64,000 bases of DNA from Methanoregula sp. (GCA_026394595.1 JAPKXX010000045.1:4024-68023), one strand, 5' to 3'; shown: positions 44,264-55,271, numbered from the stretch's first letter. Made by a program: numbers and translations. Notes: generated from the sequence alone by a model not told the origin.

Positions 44264-45585
44264 TGCTCGATACACTTTCCAACTCGTTAAAGGATGCCCT
44301 CAAGAAGCTTGCGGGAAAAACGGTGGTTGATCGAGCAGCAGTTGATGAGCTGGTAAAGGATTTGCAGCGTGCGCTGCTATCCGCGGACGTGAACGTGAAA
44401 CTTGTCATGGATCTCTCCAAGGCAATCCGGACGCGTTCTCTTGAGGAGCCGCCTCCCAAAGGGATGGGCGTGCGCGAACATGTGCTGCGTATTGTTTATC
44501 AGGAGCTGGTCAGGCTTATCTGGGCATCCACGGATCTGAAGCTGGAACCCCAAACGATCCTGATGGCGGGACTGCAGGGCAGTGGTAAGACAACAACAAC
44601 TGCAAAGCTTGCCCGCTATTTCCAGAAGAAGGGGCTTAGGGTGGGTGTCATCTGTGCCGATACCTTCCGCCCCGGTGCATACGACCAGCTTTATACCCTG
44701 TGCCAGAAGATCAACATTCCCTGTTTTGGCAATCCGCAGGAAAAGGACGCGCTTTCGATCACCCGCAACGGACTTGCAGCATACCATGATCTCGAAGTGC
44801 TTATCGTGGATACGCAGGGCAGGCATGCCCTCGAAGCGAACCTGATCCAGGAGATCATCGAGTTAAACCGGCTCACGAAAGCCACGCACCGTTGGCTCAT
44901 AATTGACGCCGCTCTCGGTCAGCTTGCAAGCGAACAGGCGCGACGATTCCATGAAGCGATCGGGATTGACGGAGTCATTATAACAAAAATGGACGGCACG
45001 GCCAAAGGTGGCGGGGCACTGTCCGCGGTAGCGGAGACAAAAAGCGGGATCGTCTTTATCGGGCAGGGGGAGACGGTTGAGGATCTGGAGCGGTTCGACC
45101 CGGACGGTTTTATCTCCCGGCTGCTTGGCATGGGCGACCTCCGGGCGCTTGTGGAGCGGGCGGAAGAAGCCATCAATGCGGATGATGTGGACGTCAACGC
45201 GATGATGAAAGGCAAGTTCACCCTTCGCGATATGTACAAGCAGCTCGAAGCGCTCAACAAGATGGGGCCGCTCAAGCAGATTATGAGCATGCTTCCGCTG
45301 GGCAATATGGAGCTTCCGGATGGAGTCTACGATGTGACGAGCACCAAGATGGTACGATACCGTATCATCATGGACTCGATGACGAGTAACGAGCTGGACG
45401 ACCCTGCGCTTATCAACAGCTCGAGGATGCAGCGTATTGCCCACGGGGCCGGGGCGACGCCCGATGAAGTCCGGGAGCTGTTGAAATACTATAAGATGAT
45501 GCAGCGGACGCTCAAGGGGCTGCGGGGCAGTGGCGGAAAGTTCAACATGCAGCGCCTGATGAAGCGGTTCTCGGGAATGCAGTGA
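44260..45585 (+). CDS. srp54: Signal recognition particle protein SRP54
   Basis: It has an NG domain ([21 protein letters not shown]) plus a Met-rich M domain. Confidence 0.95.
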   Translation: MMLDTLSNSLKDALKKLAGKTVVDRAAVDELVKDLQRALLSADVNVKLVMDLSKAIRTRSLEEPPPKGMGVREHVLRIVYQELVRLIWASTDLKLEPQTILMAGLQGSGKTTTTAKLARYFQKKGLRVGVICADTFRPGAYDQLYTLCQKINIPCFGNPQEKDALSITRNGLAAYHDLEVLIVDTQGRHALEANLIQEIIELNRLTKATHRWLIIDAALGQLASEQARRFHEAIGIDGVIITKMDGTAKGGGALSAVAETKSGIVFIGQGETVEDLERFDPDGFISRLLGMGDLRALVERAEEAINADDVDVNAMMKGKFTLRDMYKQLEALNKMGPLKQIMSMLPLGNMELPDGVYDVTSTKMVRYRIIMDSMTSNELDDPALINSSRMQRIAHGAGATPDEVRELLKYYKMMQRTLKGLRGSGGKFNMQRLMKRFSGMQ

Positions 45586-46166
45586 GCATGACCTCGTTTG
45601 CAGTTATCGGGCACACCGCCCGCTCGGATGGAGCGTTCAGCCTTAACGACCTTCCGTCAAGCGGTGGGCGCATGGACGTGCTCTGCCGGTGCGTGAATGC
45701 GTCGCTCTTTCTTTCACACGGATTACGGCGGGATGTGGAGTGCTTTCTTGTATTTCAGGGGGAACCGGGTCCGAAAAAAACAGTAAAATTTTCGGGAAGC
45801 TCCTTACGATCGCTGAACCCCGATGAGCGAAATGCCGGGGCGCTGATAAAAAAAGCACTGGTGTTACCATGTGGTGCGGAATTCCGCGAAGCGTCTCCCG
45901 GCGTTTCAGTCCGAAAGGGAGGGTTCGAACGTCTTGTGCAGGAAGGTGCATACTCTGTACTCGATGAACGGGGCACTGATATCCGAAAGGCAGATCAGAT
46001 CCCCTCGGCATTCCTTCTCTCTGACCATATGAACTTCACGATAGAAGAAGAGGCGTTCATTTTGGATTGTCCGAAATATTCTGTTGGTCCTGCGGTCCTC
46101 CATGCTGACCATGCAATTACGGTCCTGCTGAATGAACTGGACCGGAGGAATGCCGGATGGAATTAG
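45582..46166 (+). CDS. trmY: tRNA (pseudouridine54-N1)-methyltransferase TrmY (SPOUT, DUF358)
   Basis: It contains [33 protein letters not shown]. It lies adjacent to pus10, whose product it methylates in archaea. Confidence 0.75.
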   Translation: MSMTSFAVIGHTARSDGAFSLNDLPSSGGRMDVLCRCVNASLFLSHGLRRDVECFLVFQGEPGPKKTVKFSGSSLRSLNPDERNAGALIKKALVLPCGAEFREASPGVSVRKGGFERLVQEGAYSVLDERGTDIRKADQIPSAFLLSDHMNFTIEEEAFILDCPKYSVGPAVLHADHAITVLLNELDRRNAGWN

Positions 46167-47386
46167 ATGAAGCAGTCGAGAAGATCCTTGCCTACGGGGC
46201 GTGCTGCGACCACTGCTTGGGCAGGTTCATGGGTAAACGAGGGCACGGGCTCTCCAATGGCGAACGGGGCAGGGCTTTCCGAATCTACCGTGCGATTGCA
46301 CAGAACCTGAAGTACGAACCGTTCTCTGGTTCCTGCTGGATCTGCAATAATTTTTTTGATCATATACATGAATGGGCAGAACACATTGCGGTTGCGTGTC
46401 TTGGGATCGAGTATACAACATTTCTTGTCGGTTGCCGCGTTCCCCCTCTGATCTCCGAAAGTGAAGAGATGGTCTGGAGCGATCTGTCTCTTGCTGACCC
46501 CGAACCGATAAAGTCCGAAATTAACCGCGAGGTGGGAAAGGCTTTTTCTGCCATGAGCGGAAAAGAAGCGGACTTTAAAAATCCCGATATCGTAGTATTA
46601 CTTGACTTTGCAAAGGATGCTGTTGATGTACAGATCAATCCGGTCTTTTTCTACGGCCGATACCGGAAATACGAGCGTGGCATCCCCCAGACGCACTGGG
46701 ACTGCAGGGCGTGCCGGGGTGCAGGGTGTGAGATGTGCAATTTCACCGGTAAGCAGTACCAGGATTCCGTGGAGGAGCTGATCGGGCGGCCGGTTACTTC
46801 AATGTTTTCTGCAAAGAATGCGATTCTTCATGGCGCGGGAAGGGAGGATATTGATGCACGGATGATTGGCACGGGACGACCATTTATCCTTGAAGTTGTC
46901 ACTCCCAAGCGGCGGACGGCCGATCTCACCGAGGTTGAAACGGCAATTAACCAGAGCGCAGAGGGGCGTGTATCTGTTGTCCTGTCGCGCTGGTGTGTGC
47001 GGGCAGAGGTGGAAACCCTTAAATCAAACAAGGCTCATAAAAAATACAGGATTATAGTCAATGTTGAGGGTGCTCCCTCAGCGGCGGAGTTCGCAAAAGC
47101 CGTCAAATCCTTAACCGGCGCCATAATTCACCAGCGCACTCCGGAAAGGGTCGCACATCGGCGTGCAGATAAAATCCGCGAACGCAGGGTTCTGGATATT
47201 GAATGCACTGGTGAGGATGCCGGCAGGTTTATCATTGAGGTTACGGGCGAAGCCGGGCTCTACATCAAGGAGCTCATATCCGGGGACAACGGGAGGACCC
47301 GGCCAAGCCTTTCGGAGATGCTCGGACTCCCCACCCGTGTAACCAGCCTCGACGTCGTAATGGTAGAAGAGAGAAAGGAGGAATAA
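46157..47386 (+). CDS. pus10: tRNA pseudouridine(54/55) synthase Pus10
   Basis: It has the N-terminal zinc motif CDHCLGRF...CWIC, a THUMP-like region, and the catalytic region with RTPERVAHRRADKIRER. Confidence 0.85.
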   Translation: MELDEAVEKILAYGACCDHCLGRFMGKRGHGLSNGERGRAFRIYRAIAQNLKYEPFSGSCWICNNFFDHIHEWAEHIAVACLGIEYTTFLVGCRVPPLISESEEMVWSDLSLADPEPIKSEINREVGKAFSAMSGKEADFKNPDIVVLLDFAKDAVDVQINPVFFYGRYRKYERGIPQTHWDCRACRGAGCEMCNFTGKQYQDSVEELIGRPVTSMFSAKNAILHGAGREDIDARMIGTGRPFILEVVTPKRRTADLTEVETAINQSAEGRVSVVLSRWCVRAEVETLKSNKAHKKYRIIVNVEGAPSAAEFAKAVKSLTGAIIHQRTPERVAHRRADKIRERRVLDIECTGEDAGRFIIEVTGEAGLYIKELISGDNGRTRPSLSEMLGLPTRVTSLDVVMVEERKEE

Positions 47387-47389
47387 TAT

Positions 47390-47680
47390 ATGGCACATCA
47401 CAACGGACCACGAAAAAAGACTCGCTATAAATTCAAGAAGGAGCTGCGCCGACGGGGACTCCCGCCGGTAACATACGTCATCCAGAAATTTGAGATCGGT
47501 GAGAGAGTCCACATTGTCTGCGATTCCAGCATCCAGAAGGGCATGCCGCACCGCCGGTTCCACGGAAAGACGGGCACGGTATTAGGCCAGCGTGGACGCG
47601 CTTGGATGCTCGCAGTGAATGACGGAAACGCCGAAAAGATCGTCATTGCAAGACCACAACATCTAAAAGCACAAAAGTAA
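47390..47680 (+). CDS. rpl21e: 50S ribosomal protein L21e
   Basis: 96 aa starting MAHHNGPRKKTRYKFKK and containing HRRFHGKTGTV. Confidence 0.9.
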   Translation: MAHHNGPRKKTRYKFKKELRRRGLPPVTYVIQKFEIGERVHIVCDSSIQKGMPHRRFHGKTGTVLGQRGRAWMLAVNDGNAEKIVIARPQHLKAQK

Positions 47681-47701
47681 ATCCTCTGTCAGGTTATTGG
47701 C

Positions 47702-48052
47702 ATGAAAGTCAAGGCTATTATTAGCGAAGAGAAGGTCACGCTTCCCCAGGTGCGGGAGGTTCTGCTGGGTGTCGAATCGCAGCGGATCGCCGCGGAGAAG
47801 GAGATGGCTTATGAGTTTCGCCGCAGCATCGAGCATGCCAATCAGCTTGCCAAAACACCGCCTGAAAAATCACAGGCGCTTGTTGTGGAACTCCAGAAAC
47901 TGGAGAAAATGAAACCGGAGATCGCGTACCGCATAACCAATATTATGCCCCGGACACGGGACGAACTGCGGGCGATCTATGCCAAGGAGCGGTTTACGCT
48001 CTCCCCTGAAGAACTCGATTCCATCCTTGAGATCGTCACATCCCACTTCTGA
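47702..48052 (+). CDS. rpoF: RNA polymerase subunit F (Rpb4 family)
   Basis: 116 aa, helical, in the conserved position L21e-RpoF-DUF655-KsgA. Confidence 0.7.
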   Translation: MKVKAIISEEKVTLPQVREVLLGVESQRIAAEKEMAYEFRRSIEHANQLAKTPPEKSQALVVELQKLEKMKPEIAYRITNIMPRTRDELRAIYAKERFTLSPEELDSILEIVTSHF

Positions 48053-48053
48053 G

Positions 48054-48626
48054 GTGGCGCACTTGAAGGTCGAGAAGAAGGAGGTTAACGCCGTAGTACT
48101 TGACATTCTGGCAAAGGGGCATCCGGAAGATCCCCGCCCTCCGTACAAACGCGAGCCCCTCGTTCAGGCCATGGGGCTGGAACAGTTCAAGCTGCTCGAG
48201 CTCGTTCCCAAAGCCAATGTGCCTATAGAACTCTACGAGAGTCTCTATATCGGTGATGGTGAAAGGGAGAAGATCGAGCGGGTAAAGCGACGCATCGGTT
48301 ACGAAGAGCTGACGCAGACCGCCCGTGGAGAACTACCTTTTTTGGTCGAGAAGGAGGTCAAGCAGCGCGAGCACGACTTCGTCCAGTTCTTTAACACCGC
48401 AGTGCCGATCACCCCGAAAATGCATATGCTTCACCTGCTCCCAGGAATCGGCAAAAAGCTGATGTGGGAGATTCTGGATGCCCGTAACCGCAAGCCGTTC
48501 GACAGCTTCGCTGATATTGCAGCACGGATAAAGTCTATTCCCCATCCCGAGAAGATGATCATTTCCCGGATCATGGAAGAATTACAGAACAAGGACGTCA
48601 AGTACCACGTTTTTACTACAAAATGA
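48054..48626 (+). CDS. DUF655 (OB plus helix-hairpin-helix) RNA-binding protein
   Basis: Homology-looking sequence starts at VAHLKVEKKEVNAVVLDIL. The likely start is GTG at 48054 (or TTG at 48063), right after the rpoF stop. The upstream part of the long ORF overlaps rpoF. Confidence 0.65.
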   Translation: MAHLKVEKKEVNAVVLDILAKGHPEDPRPPYKREPLVQAMGLEQFKLLELVPKANVPIELYESLYIGDGEREKIERVKRRIGYEELTQTARGELPFLVEKEVKQREHDFVQFFNTAVPITPKMHMLHLLPGIGKKLMWEILDARNRKPFDSFADIAARIKSIPHPEKMIISRIMEELQNKDVKYHVFTTK

Positions 48627-49387
48627 AGGCGTACCGTGACCAGCATTTCCTGATCGACCAGAGGGCAATTGAGCGGATTGTAAATGTCATTGAGGTCAGG
48701 GATCGTGAAGTGCTGGAGGTTGGGCCCGGCAACGGTGCACTGACGAAGGCGCTGCTTGAACGCGGCGCGATTGTACACGCGGTAGAGCTGGAGGGGGCGT
48801 TCTGTGAGGGACTTACCGAACGCTTTGCCGATGAGATTGTTGCTGGGAAGCTCACTGTAACCCACGGCGATGCAGCCCGGTGCGATCTTCCTCCTTTTTC
48901 ACTTGTGGTTTCAAACCTGCCATACTCGATCTCATCGAAGATCACATTCCGGCTGCTCAGGATTGGTTTTGAGGTCGCGGTTCTGATGTACCAGATGGAG
49001 TTTGCACAACGTTTGGCTTCGCCTGCCGGTACCAAGGACTGCGGGAGGCTTTCGATAATGGTGCAGACCTATGCGACCGTGCAGCAGTGTTTCACGCTCT
49101 CTCCTAACTGTTTCTCACCAAAACCGCAGGTGCACTCAACTGTGGTGAAGATCGTTCCTCGTCCGCCGATTTTTTATATTCACGATCACAACCGTTATGC
49201 GGATGTCGTACGGGCTCTTTTCTCCCATCGGCGAAAAACGGTGAGAAACTGCCTGAAAGCATCGAAAGGGATGCTTGATCCTGTATGGGTTGATCGCGTA
49301 CTGGCGTTTCTCCCTGAGGAGATCCTTGCGAGCCGTCCAGAAAAATTGTATTTAGAAGACTTTGCGACAATATCCAATAGTCCGTGA
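48623..49387 (+). CDS. rsmA: 16S rRNA (adenine1518/1519-N6)-dimethyltransferase KsgA/Dim1
   Basis: It has the SAM motif VLEVGPGNGALT and SNLPYSISS. Confidence 0.9.
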   Translation: MKAYRDQHFLIDQRAIERIVNVIEVRDREVLEVGPGNGALTKALLERGAIVHAVELEGAFCEGLTERFADEIVAGKLTVTHGDAARCDLPPFSLVVSNLPYSISSKITFRLLRIGFEVAVLMYQMEFAQRLASPAGTKDCGRLSIMVQTYATVQQCFTLSPNCFSPKPQVHSTVVKIVPRPPIFYIHDHNRYADVVRALFSHRRKTVRNCLKASKGMLDPVWVDRVLAFLPEEILASRPEKLYLEDFATISNSP

Positions 49388-49411
49388 TCTTTTTTTCAGC
49401 AGGACTCCGCA

Positions 49412-52000
49412 TCATTGCACAGCCTTTTCTTTGTTCCAGTACTTGAACACCTCAAACCATACGATACTGAGAACGCCGGCTCCGGTACACATAACAAGAT
49501 CCAGCGGCGGAACTGACCCGAACCTGAAGAGATCCTTGAGTGCCGGAACATTCAGGACAATAAGCAGGCAGGAAAGCGTTCCTAGAAAAACCCACCAAAG
49601 TGCTTTATTGGGTGATCGCAACGATTTAACTAGGGTTTCTGACCACGACCGGTTTGTCAGGATCAGCCCGAGATTAGCGATCACGATAGTTGTAAATGTT
49701 AGGGTTCTTACGTCAGGTTCAGAAAAGCCCCGTGCAAGTGCGGTGATATAAACAATCAGGACAATGGCTAACACAACTGCTCCCTGGAGGAGACTGAGAG
49801 TGAGCATCCGACGTGTAAAGAGCCCGTCTTCCGTTTTTCTTGGCTGGCGTTTCATCACGTTTGCTTCTTCTTTTTCAGATTCAAACACAATCGAACATGC
49901 AGGATCAATGATCAGCTCGAGGAACACAATGTGCACCGGAAGCAGAACAAGCGGCATGTTGAACAGAACTGGGATGAGCGACATGCCCGCAATCGGGACA
50001 TGGATGGAGAAAATGTATGCCATCGCTTTTTTTAAGTTATCAAAAATTCTCCTGCCCAACCGAACCGCTGAAATAATCGATGTGAAATTGTCATCGAGAA
50101 GAACAAGGGACGACGACTCCCGGGCGACATCGGTTCCCCTGCCACCCATGGCAATACCTATATCCGCGGATTTTAGTGCTGGGGCATCGTTTACCCCGTC
50201 TCCGGTCATGGCGACTACTTCACCATTTGCCTTTAACGCATTGACAATCCTGAGCTTCTGTTCCGGGACAACCCGGGCAAAGATGGTGACCGTGCCGATG
50301 CGCCGCCTGAGGTCATCCTCTTCCATTACCTCAAGTTCAGCACCGGTGATACAGCGGTCGGCGCTGGCAAGACCGATCTGACGTGCGATATTTTGTGCGG
50401 TAAGGGGATAATCCCCGGTGATCATAATCATCCGCATCCCTGCCTGGTAGCATTCTCTGACCGCTTCTGCCACCTGTGGGCGGACCGGGTCGGTAAAACC
50501 CACGAGACCCAAAAATTCAAAGGTGAAATCGTGTTGCACCTCGGGAAGATCCGTTATTGAAAACGAGGCTTTTGCCACACCCAGTACACGAAGACCCTCT
50601 ACGGCCATTGTGTTGATTGGGCCTGCCATGTCCTGCTGCATGGTTTCATCAAAATGGCACAGGTCGGCAATTGCCTCAGGCGCCCCTTTTGCCGCAATAA
50701 TATATTCGTACCCATCAGGGGATCGCCATACGTTTGACATGGCAAGTAAATTTGGTGAGAGGGGGTATTCCTGGACAAGTTCCCAGCTTGTATGGATATG
50801 TTCGGTTTTCCCGAAATCTCCGTCAGAGAGGGAGAGTAAGGCTTTCTCCATCGGATCGAAAGGGTCTTTTTTGCAGGCAAGGATACTGAACTCGGCAATC
50901 TCATGGCAGACATCGGGGACAGAATTTGTGTCCACGGCATCATACCTGCACATCTGACCCTGTGCATAAAATGCGGCGACCGACATCCTGTTCTGGGTGA
51001 GGGTGCCGGTCTTGTCGACGCAGAGAACGGTGGCTGAACCAAGCGTTTCAATCGCCGTGACCTGCCGGGTAAGTACGTTCCTTTGCGAAATCCTCCATGC
51101 ACCGAGCGCGAGAAATATTGTCAGTACAACCGGGAACTCCTCAGGCAGGATCGCCATTGCAAGGGTAATCCCTGCGAGAAATCCTTCAACCCAGTTGAAC
51201 CGGGTGAAGCCGTACACGACCACGATGATGGCACACAGTCCAATCCCGAACAGTGCGATCGTCCGGACGATCCTTGCGATCTCTGCTTTTAACCGTGTCT
51301 CGCCCCGTTCGAGTGTCTGGAGGACTGCCCCAATCTTACCCATCTCGGTCTTTGTTCCGGTTGACCTGACCTCTGCAAGTCCCTGTCCCAGGACGACCAG
51401 TGTCCCGGAATAGACAAAAGGCTGGTCATCCCCTCCAGGTCGTTCCAATTGCGTCCCCTCTGTCCAGGATATTTTACGGACAGTTGCTGATTCTCCCGTC
51501 AGGAGAGACTCGTCCACTGACACATTATTGGATGAGAGCAGGATCCCATCTGCCGGGACACGGTCACCTTCTGAGAGGATGAGCATGTCACCGGTGACTA
51601 CCTCGCGGCCTGGTATCCTTTTCTGTTCGCCGTCCCGGATAACAAGAGCACGCGGACTGGAGAGGTTCCTGAGCGCTTCTAATGCACGTTCTGTCTTCTG
51701 TTCCTGGTAAACAGTGATCGCGATGATGACGATAACAAAACTCATCAGCATCATCCCTTCGGACACATCACCAAGGAAAAAATAGATCAAACCGCTTGCG
51801 ACAAGCAAAATAAACATCGGTTCGTGGATAACTTCAAAAATAATCCAGAAAATGCTGCGTTTTTTTGAAGAGGGGAGCTCATTGTATCCCTCTTTTTGGA
51901 GTTTTCTTTCCGCCTCTTTGCTGGATAAGCCGGCAACAGTATCAAAATCAAAGACTCGCATTATGGTGTTCCGCAGAATTTGGGTACGTATATTCTGCAA
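49412..52000 (-). CDS. Cation-transporting P-type ATPase (type II, Ca2+/Mg2+-like)
   Basis: 862 aa with the phosphorylation site CVDKTGTLT, the hinge MTGDGVNDAPAL, and TM4 PEEFP. Confidence 0.9.
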   Translation of the reverse strand: MQNIRTQILRNTIMRVFDFDTVAGLSSKEAERKLQKEGYNELPSSKKRSIFWIIFEVIHEPMFILLVASGLIYFFLGDVSEGMMLMSFVIVIIAITVYQEQKTERALEALRNLSSPRALVIRDGEQKRIPGREVVTGDMLILSEGDRVPADGILLSSNNVSVDESLLTGESATVRKISWTEGTQLERPGGDDQPFVYSGTLVVLGQGLAEVRSTGTKTEMGKIGAVLQTLERGETRLKAEIARIVRTIALFGIGLCAIIVVVYGFTRFNWVEGFLAGITLAMAILPEEFPVVLTIFLALGAWRISQRNVLTRQVTAIETLGSATVLCVDKTGTLTQNRMSVAAFYAQGQMCRYDAVDTNSVPDVCHEIAEFSILACKKDPFDPMEKALLSLSDGDFGKTEHIHTSWELVQEYPLSPNLLAMSNVWRSPDGYEYIIAAKGAPEAIADLCHFDETMQQDMAGPINTMAVEGLRVLGVAKASFSITDLPEVQHDFTFEFLGLVGFTDPVRPQVAEAVRECYQAGMRMIMITGDYPLTAQNIARQIGLASADRCITGAELEVMEEDDLRRRIGTVTIFARVVPEQKLRIVNALKANGEVVAMTGDGVNDAPALKSADIGIAMGGRGTDVARESSSLVLLDDNFTSIISAVRLGRRIFDNLKKAMAYIFSIHVPIAGMSLIPVLFNMPLVLLPVHIVFLELIIDPACSIVFESEKEEANVMKRQPRKTEDGLFTRRMLTLSLLQGAVVLAIVLIVYITALARGFSEPDVRTLTFTTIVIANLGLILTNRSWSETLVKSLRSPNKALWWVFLGTLSCLLIVLNVPALKDLFRFGSVPPLDLVMCTGAGVLSIVWFEVFKYWNKEKAVQ

Positions 52001-52073
52001 CTAATGTTCATAAGATTAATCTGGGAAGTAATAATCACGAAAAAAATTAGTTTTGGTGGGTGAAAAAAAGAGA

Positions 52074-52697
52074 TCAATCTTCCACGGGATCCCCGTGATA
52101 CCCGTGTGCTGCAAGCACAGTAATCACGTTATTAACCCATTCATGATCTTCGGTGTGCTGCAGCCCGTGGAGATGGGCATGGATATGGGTGTCATGGCCA
52201 TGGGCTGCCTGTGCACCCGGACCATGCGAATGCTGGATCTGTGCATGCTGGCTTTCAATTGGATGCGGCAAATGGGCTATTTTTTCCTTCCAGAGTGCTG
52301 CAAGGATCTCATCCTGGGTCTTGAGTTCGTTGATCCCGATGACCTTTCCGCGAAGCTCCCCGCTCGTGTGGTGATGGATCAACATGCGATAGCACCGGAA
52401 TTCCCGGCAGATCGAGGGACGATTGGGATAAATTGCGCACGCAAAACCCTTACCTGCGGGATTTTTGCGCATGAATGCGCATCCTTTCTCCAATGCATCC
52501 TTTCGATTACCGGATTGTTCAAGGAATTCTTCGTCAATCTCATCAGCAAACTCAGGCTGCACGTGAACGAGGAATAGTTCATTGGTGATCCCGTACCGAC
52601 AATAGTAATCCCTGTTGGTAAGCTGCCGTTCAATCCTTATGAACTCCCCAAAGCTCTGGCAGCATTTCCCGCACCAGTTGCAATCGAACTTGGCCAT
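52074..52697 (-). CDS. YkgJ-family Cys-cluster protein with His-rich C-terminal tail
   Basis: The N-terminal has CNWCGKCCQ (the CxxCxxCC cluster of UPF0153/YkgJ). The tail reads HLPHPIESQHAQIQHSHGPGAQAAHGHDTHIHAHLHGLQHTEDHE. Confidence 0.7.
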   Translation of the reverse strand: MAKFDCNWCGKCCQSFGEFIRIERQLTNRDYYCRYGITNELFLVHVQPEFADEIDEEFLEQSGNRKDALEKGCAFMRKNPAGKGFACAIYPNRPSICREFRCYRMLIHHHTSGELRGKVIGINELKTQDEILAALWKEKIAHLPHPIESQHAQIQHSHGPGAQAAHGHDTHIHAHLHGLQHTEDHEWVNNVITVLAAHGYHGDPVED

Positions 52698-52924
52698 TTT
52701 TGTATCAGCTCTCTTCAGCCGCAGTGGATAATAAATTATGTGATATAATCACACCAGAACAACCAACAAAATAGTTACAATAGGAGTTGGGAGAGGTCAT
52801 ATTTGAACCAGACAGATTCCTAACGCAATTACTATCAGCGAGGTGATCCCGTCCATAATCATTATCGGTTTTTTAGATTCCCGTTATAACCTATCTTTGG
52901 TTTGGATTCGGATTCTCCCAACAA

Positions 52925-52941
52925 CAGTACTTCCGAAAGTA
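52925..52941 (+). repeat. 17-nt element end CAGTACTTCCGAAAGTA (left copy)
   Basis: It has an exact inverted match at 55255-55271. Its first 13 nt also match the tips at 55277 and 63811. Confidence 0.8.
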
Positions 52942-53089
52942 GACTAATCGGTGACTATTGTGGCTTTCTAAAAAAATATATCTTGTGATATACGATATTC
53001 TCAATCTATAGGATAGGTGATGATAATGGGACTTCGATTAATAATAAAAACAAAAAACAAGGTTCAACAGACCGGATTAATGAAGATAT

Positions 53090-53887
53090 TTGATGTGGTT
53101 TGGGATTGGGGATCGGAACGATCCGATGGTTGTCGGGACAAAACCACAAAAAGGAACAACCTGGGCGTTTAGATTTGCGACACTGATGATTATCGAAGAC
53201 AATTGCCGGTTGACAATCAAAGCGATACCGGTTAGTGAAATCACTTCGAAAACTGATGTTGTCGCCGAACTTTTGAACTATGCGAAGGAAAGGATCAAGA
53301 TTGGGGTTGTCTGTATTGATCGCGGGTTCTATTCAGTCGAAGTTCTCTCGACTGTAGAAGGAATGGGCCTGAAGTACCTAATACCTGCTGTCAATACTCC
53401 TAAAATTAAATGGATAACACGAGCAAAAGAGCCCCCTCAGATTATTCCATATACAATGGGATCTAAAGAGAGACAGATCTCAACCAAACTTGTGATCATT
53501 CTCGATAAGAATATGGAAAAGAGGAATTTTGTTACTAATCTGGATATAGACAGAATGCATACCCGAAAGTTGAATGAGATATACAGCAAGCGGTGGGGGA
53601 TTGAAGCAAGCTATCGGGTAAAGAAGGATTTCCGATCAAAAACCACGTCTAAAAACTATATTATTAGGCTGTTCTATTTCCTTCTCTCCGTTTGTCTCTA
53701 TAATCTCTGGGAGATAGTGAATATCATCTTAGCAGTATTAGACCAGGTTGGATCCAAAATACCCATTATCACGGCCAAATTGTTTGGGACAATATTATTC
53801 CGTGTCTTTGAGTTGAGCGGGATAGGGCCACCACCTGATACCGCGCCTAAAAAATGTGAGGATATTCAAACGACCCTCAATTTATAA
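53090..53887 (+). pseudogene. 5'-truncated DDE transposase (same family as 56609-57826)
   Basis: It aligns by eye with residues ~155-405 of the full-length copy (GDRNDPMVVGTKPQ..., YSKRWGIEASYR, ...IQTTLNL) and lacks the N-terminal ~150 aa. A degenerate copy of the 59-nt IR appears to follow the stop (~53889-53919). Confidence 0.8.
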
Positions 53888-53919
53888 TTGAATCTGAAGC
53901 ATCAGGGAATCGGCGGGTT

Positions 53920-54147
53920 GACCTCGGTGAAGAAACCGTAGATTCTATTTTGCTTTATGCTTGTAACAAACCGATTTTTGTTATTGACGCATACACAAAA
54001 AGAATTTTTTCGCGGTATGGATTTTTTGAAGAAAAAGCAAAATACCGAGAAATTCAAAATTTTTTTATGAGTCATCTTCCAAAGGATGCGATTTTATATA
54101 ACGATTTTCATGCACAAATTGTTCATCTAGGAAATGCGATTTGTAAA
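53920..54147 (+). pseudogene. Endonuclease III-related (HhH-GPD, COG2231-like) gene remnant
   Basis: It reads DLGEETVDSILLYACNKPIFVIDAYTKRIFSRYG...[17 protein letters not shown]. This matches the HhH/GIGxETADSILLYA...VDxYTxR...HGKxxC region. It lacks both the N-terminal half and the C-terminal Cys cluster. Confidence 0.55.
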
Positions 54148-55125
54148 TTGGGGCATCATCCCACGGACTTCTTTCCCGACTTCCTCAATAAGGTGTTCTT
54201 CATCGGCTTTGGTTAGTGCGGTGAAAACAGGACGGTTGACCATATTCTCAAGCATCCATTCCCGGGCAAACTTGCCGGATTGGATCTCTGCGAGAATTTC
54301 CTGCATCGCCTCATAGGCTTCCGGTCCGATGACGCGGGGGCCCCGGGTGAGGTCGCCATACTGTGCCGTATTGCTGATAGACTGGCGCATGTTGGTGAGC
54401 CCGCCTTCGTATATAAGGTCGACGATTAACTTCAGCTCGTGAAGTACCTCAAGGTATGCCATCTCCGGTTCGTACCCGGCATCGACAAGCGTCTCAAAAC
54501 CCGCCTTCACAAGAGATGTGCAGCCACCGCAGAGGACTGCCTGTTCGCCGAAGAGGTCCGTCTCGGTCTCTTCGCGGAATGAGGTCTCAAGTACGACCGC
54601 ACGGGTCGCCCCGATTGCTTTTGCATACGCAAGCGCAATTTTGTGGGCATTCCCGGTATAATCCTGATGGATTGCAATAAGTGCGGGCACTCCCTTGCCT
54701 TCTTCATACTGGCGGCGGACCATAGAACCGGGTCCCTTAGGTGCGACCATGATAACGTCAACGGTTGGCGGAGGTACGATCTGGCCAAAGTGTATGTTGA
54801 ACCCGTGGGAGAACATAAGGCACTTCTTGTCCGAGAGATGGGGCATGATCTCGCTCTTGTAAACTGCTGCCTGATGTTCATCAGGAAGGAGGATCTGGAT
54901 AATATCAGCCTTTTTTACTGCCTCGGCAACCGCCATCACCTTCATACCGTCTTTGACCGCTGCGTCCCAGCTCTTCCCCGGCCGGAGACCGATCACCACA
55001 TTAAGCCCGCTGTCCTTAAGGTTAAGAGACTGCCCGCGCCCCTGTGAGCCATAGCCGATCACAGCTATGCGCTTCTCCTTCAGCACCGAGAGATCCGCAT
55101 CTGCTTCATAATATTTTTTTAACAT
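54127..55125 (-). CDS. ilvC: Ketol-acid reductoisomerase (class I)
   Basis: 332 aa with [18 protein letters not shown] and the full KARI knotted domain. Composition is core-like and GC-rich, in contrast to its AT-rich flanks. Confidence 0.95.
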   Translation of the reverse strand: MLKKYYEADADLSVLKEKRIAVIGYGSQGRGQSLNLKDSGLNVVIGLRPGKSWDAAVKDGMKVMAVAEAVKKADIIQILLPDEHQAAVYKSEIMPHLSDKKCLMFSHGFNIHFGQIVPPPTVDVIMVAPKGPGSMVRRQYEEGKGVPALIAIHQDYTGNAHKIALAYAKAIGATRAVVLETSFREETETDLFGEQAVLCGGCTSLVKAGFETLVDAGYEPEMAYLEVLHELKLIVDLIYEGGLTNMRQSISNTAQYGDLTRGPRVIGPEAYEAMQEILAEIQSGKFAREWMLENMVNRPVFTALTKADEEHLIEEVGKEVRGMMPQFTNRIS

Positions 55126-55254
55126 GGTGTATCACTTGATATTCATTTTAGAGAGTACATAAATAGGATAGTCGAATTGGTTCGTTTACACAAATTGTAA
55201 ATTTTTTTGACAACTGCAATTGCAATACCCCAAAATAATTTTATCGAATGATAT

Positions 55255-55271
55255 TACTTTCGGAAGTACTG
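55255..55271 (-). repeat. 17-nt element end CAGTACTTCCGAAAGTA (right, inverted copy)
   Basis: It is the exact reverse complement of 52925-52941. Confidence 0.8.

Noticed and set aside
43229-45585. Search for SRP RNA or RNase P RNA near ftsY/srp54/rnp4, and for rRNA or CRISPR arrays anywhere
   Set aside because: No long GC-rich structured non-coding stretch and no regularly spaced direct repeats were found. All spacers in that block are short.
52775-52810. tRNA-like TTTGAACC / GGTTCAAAT motif near the island boundary (possible att remnant)
   Set aside because: The flanking 5-mers are not complementary, so there is no T-stem, and no acceptor stem could be drawn.
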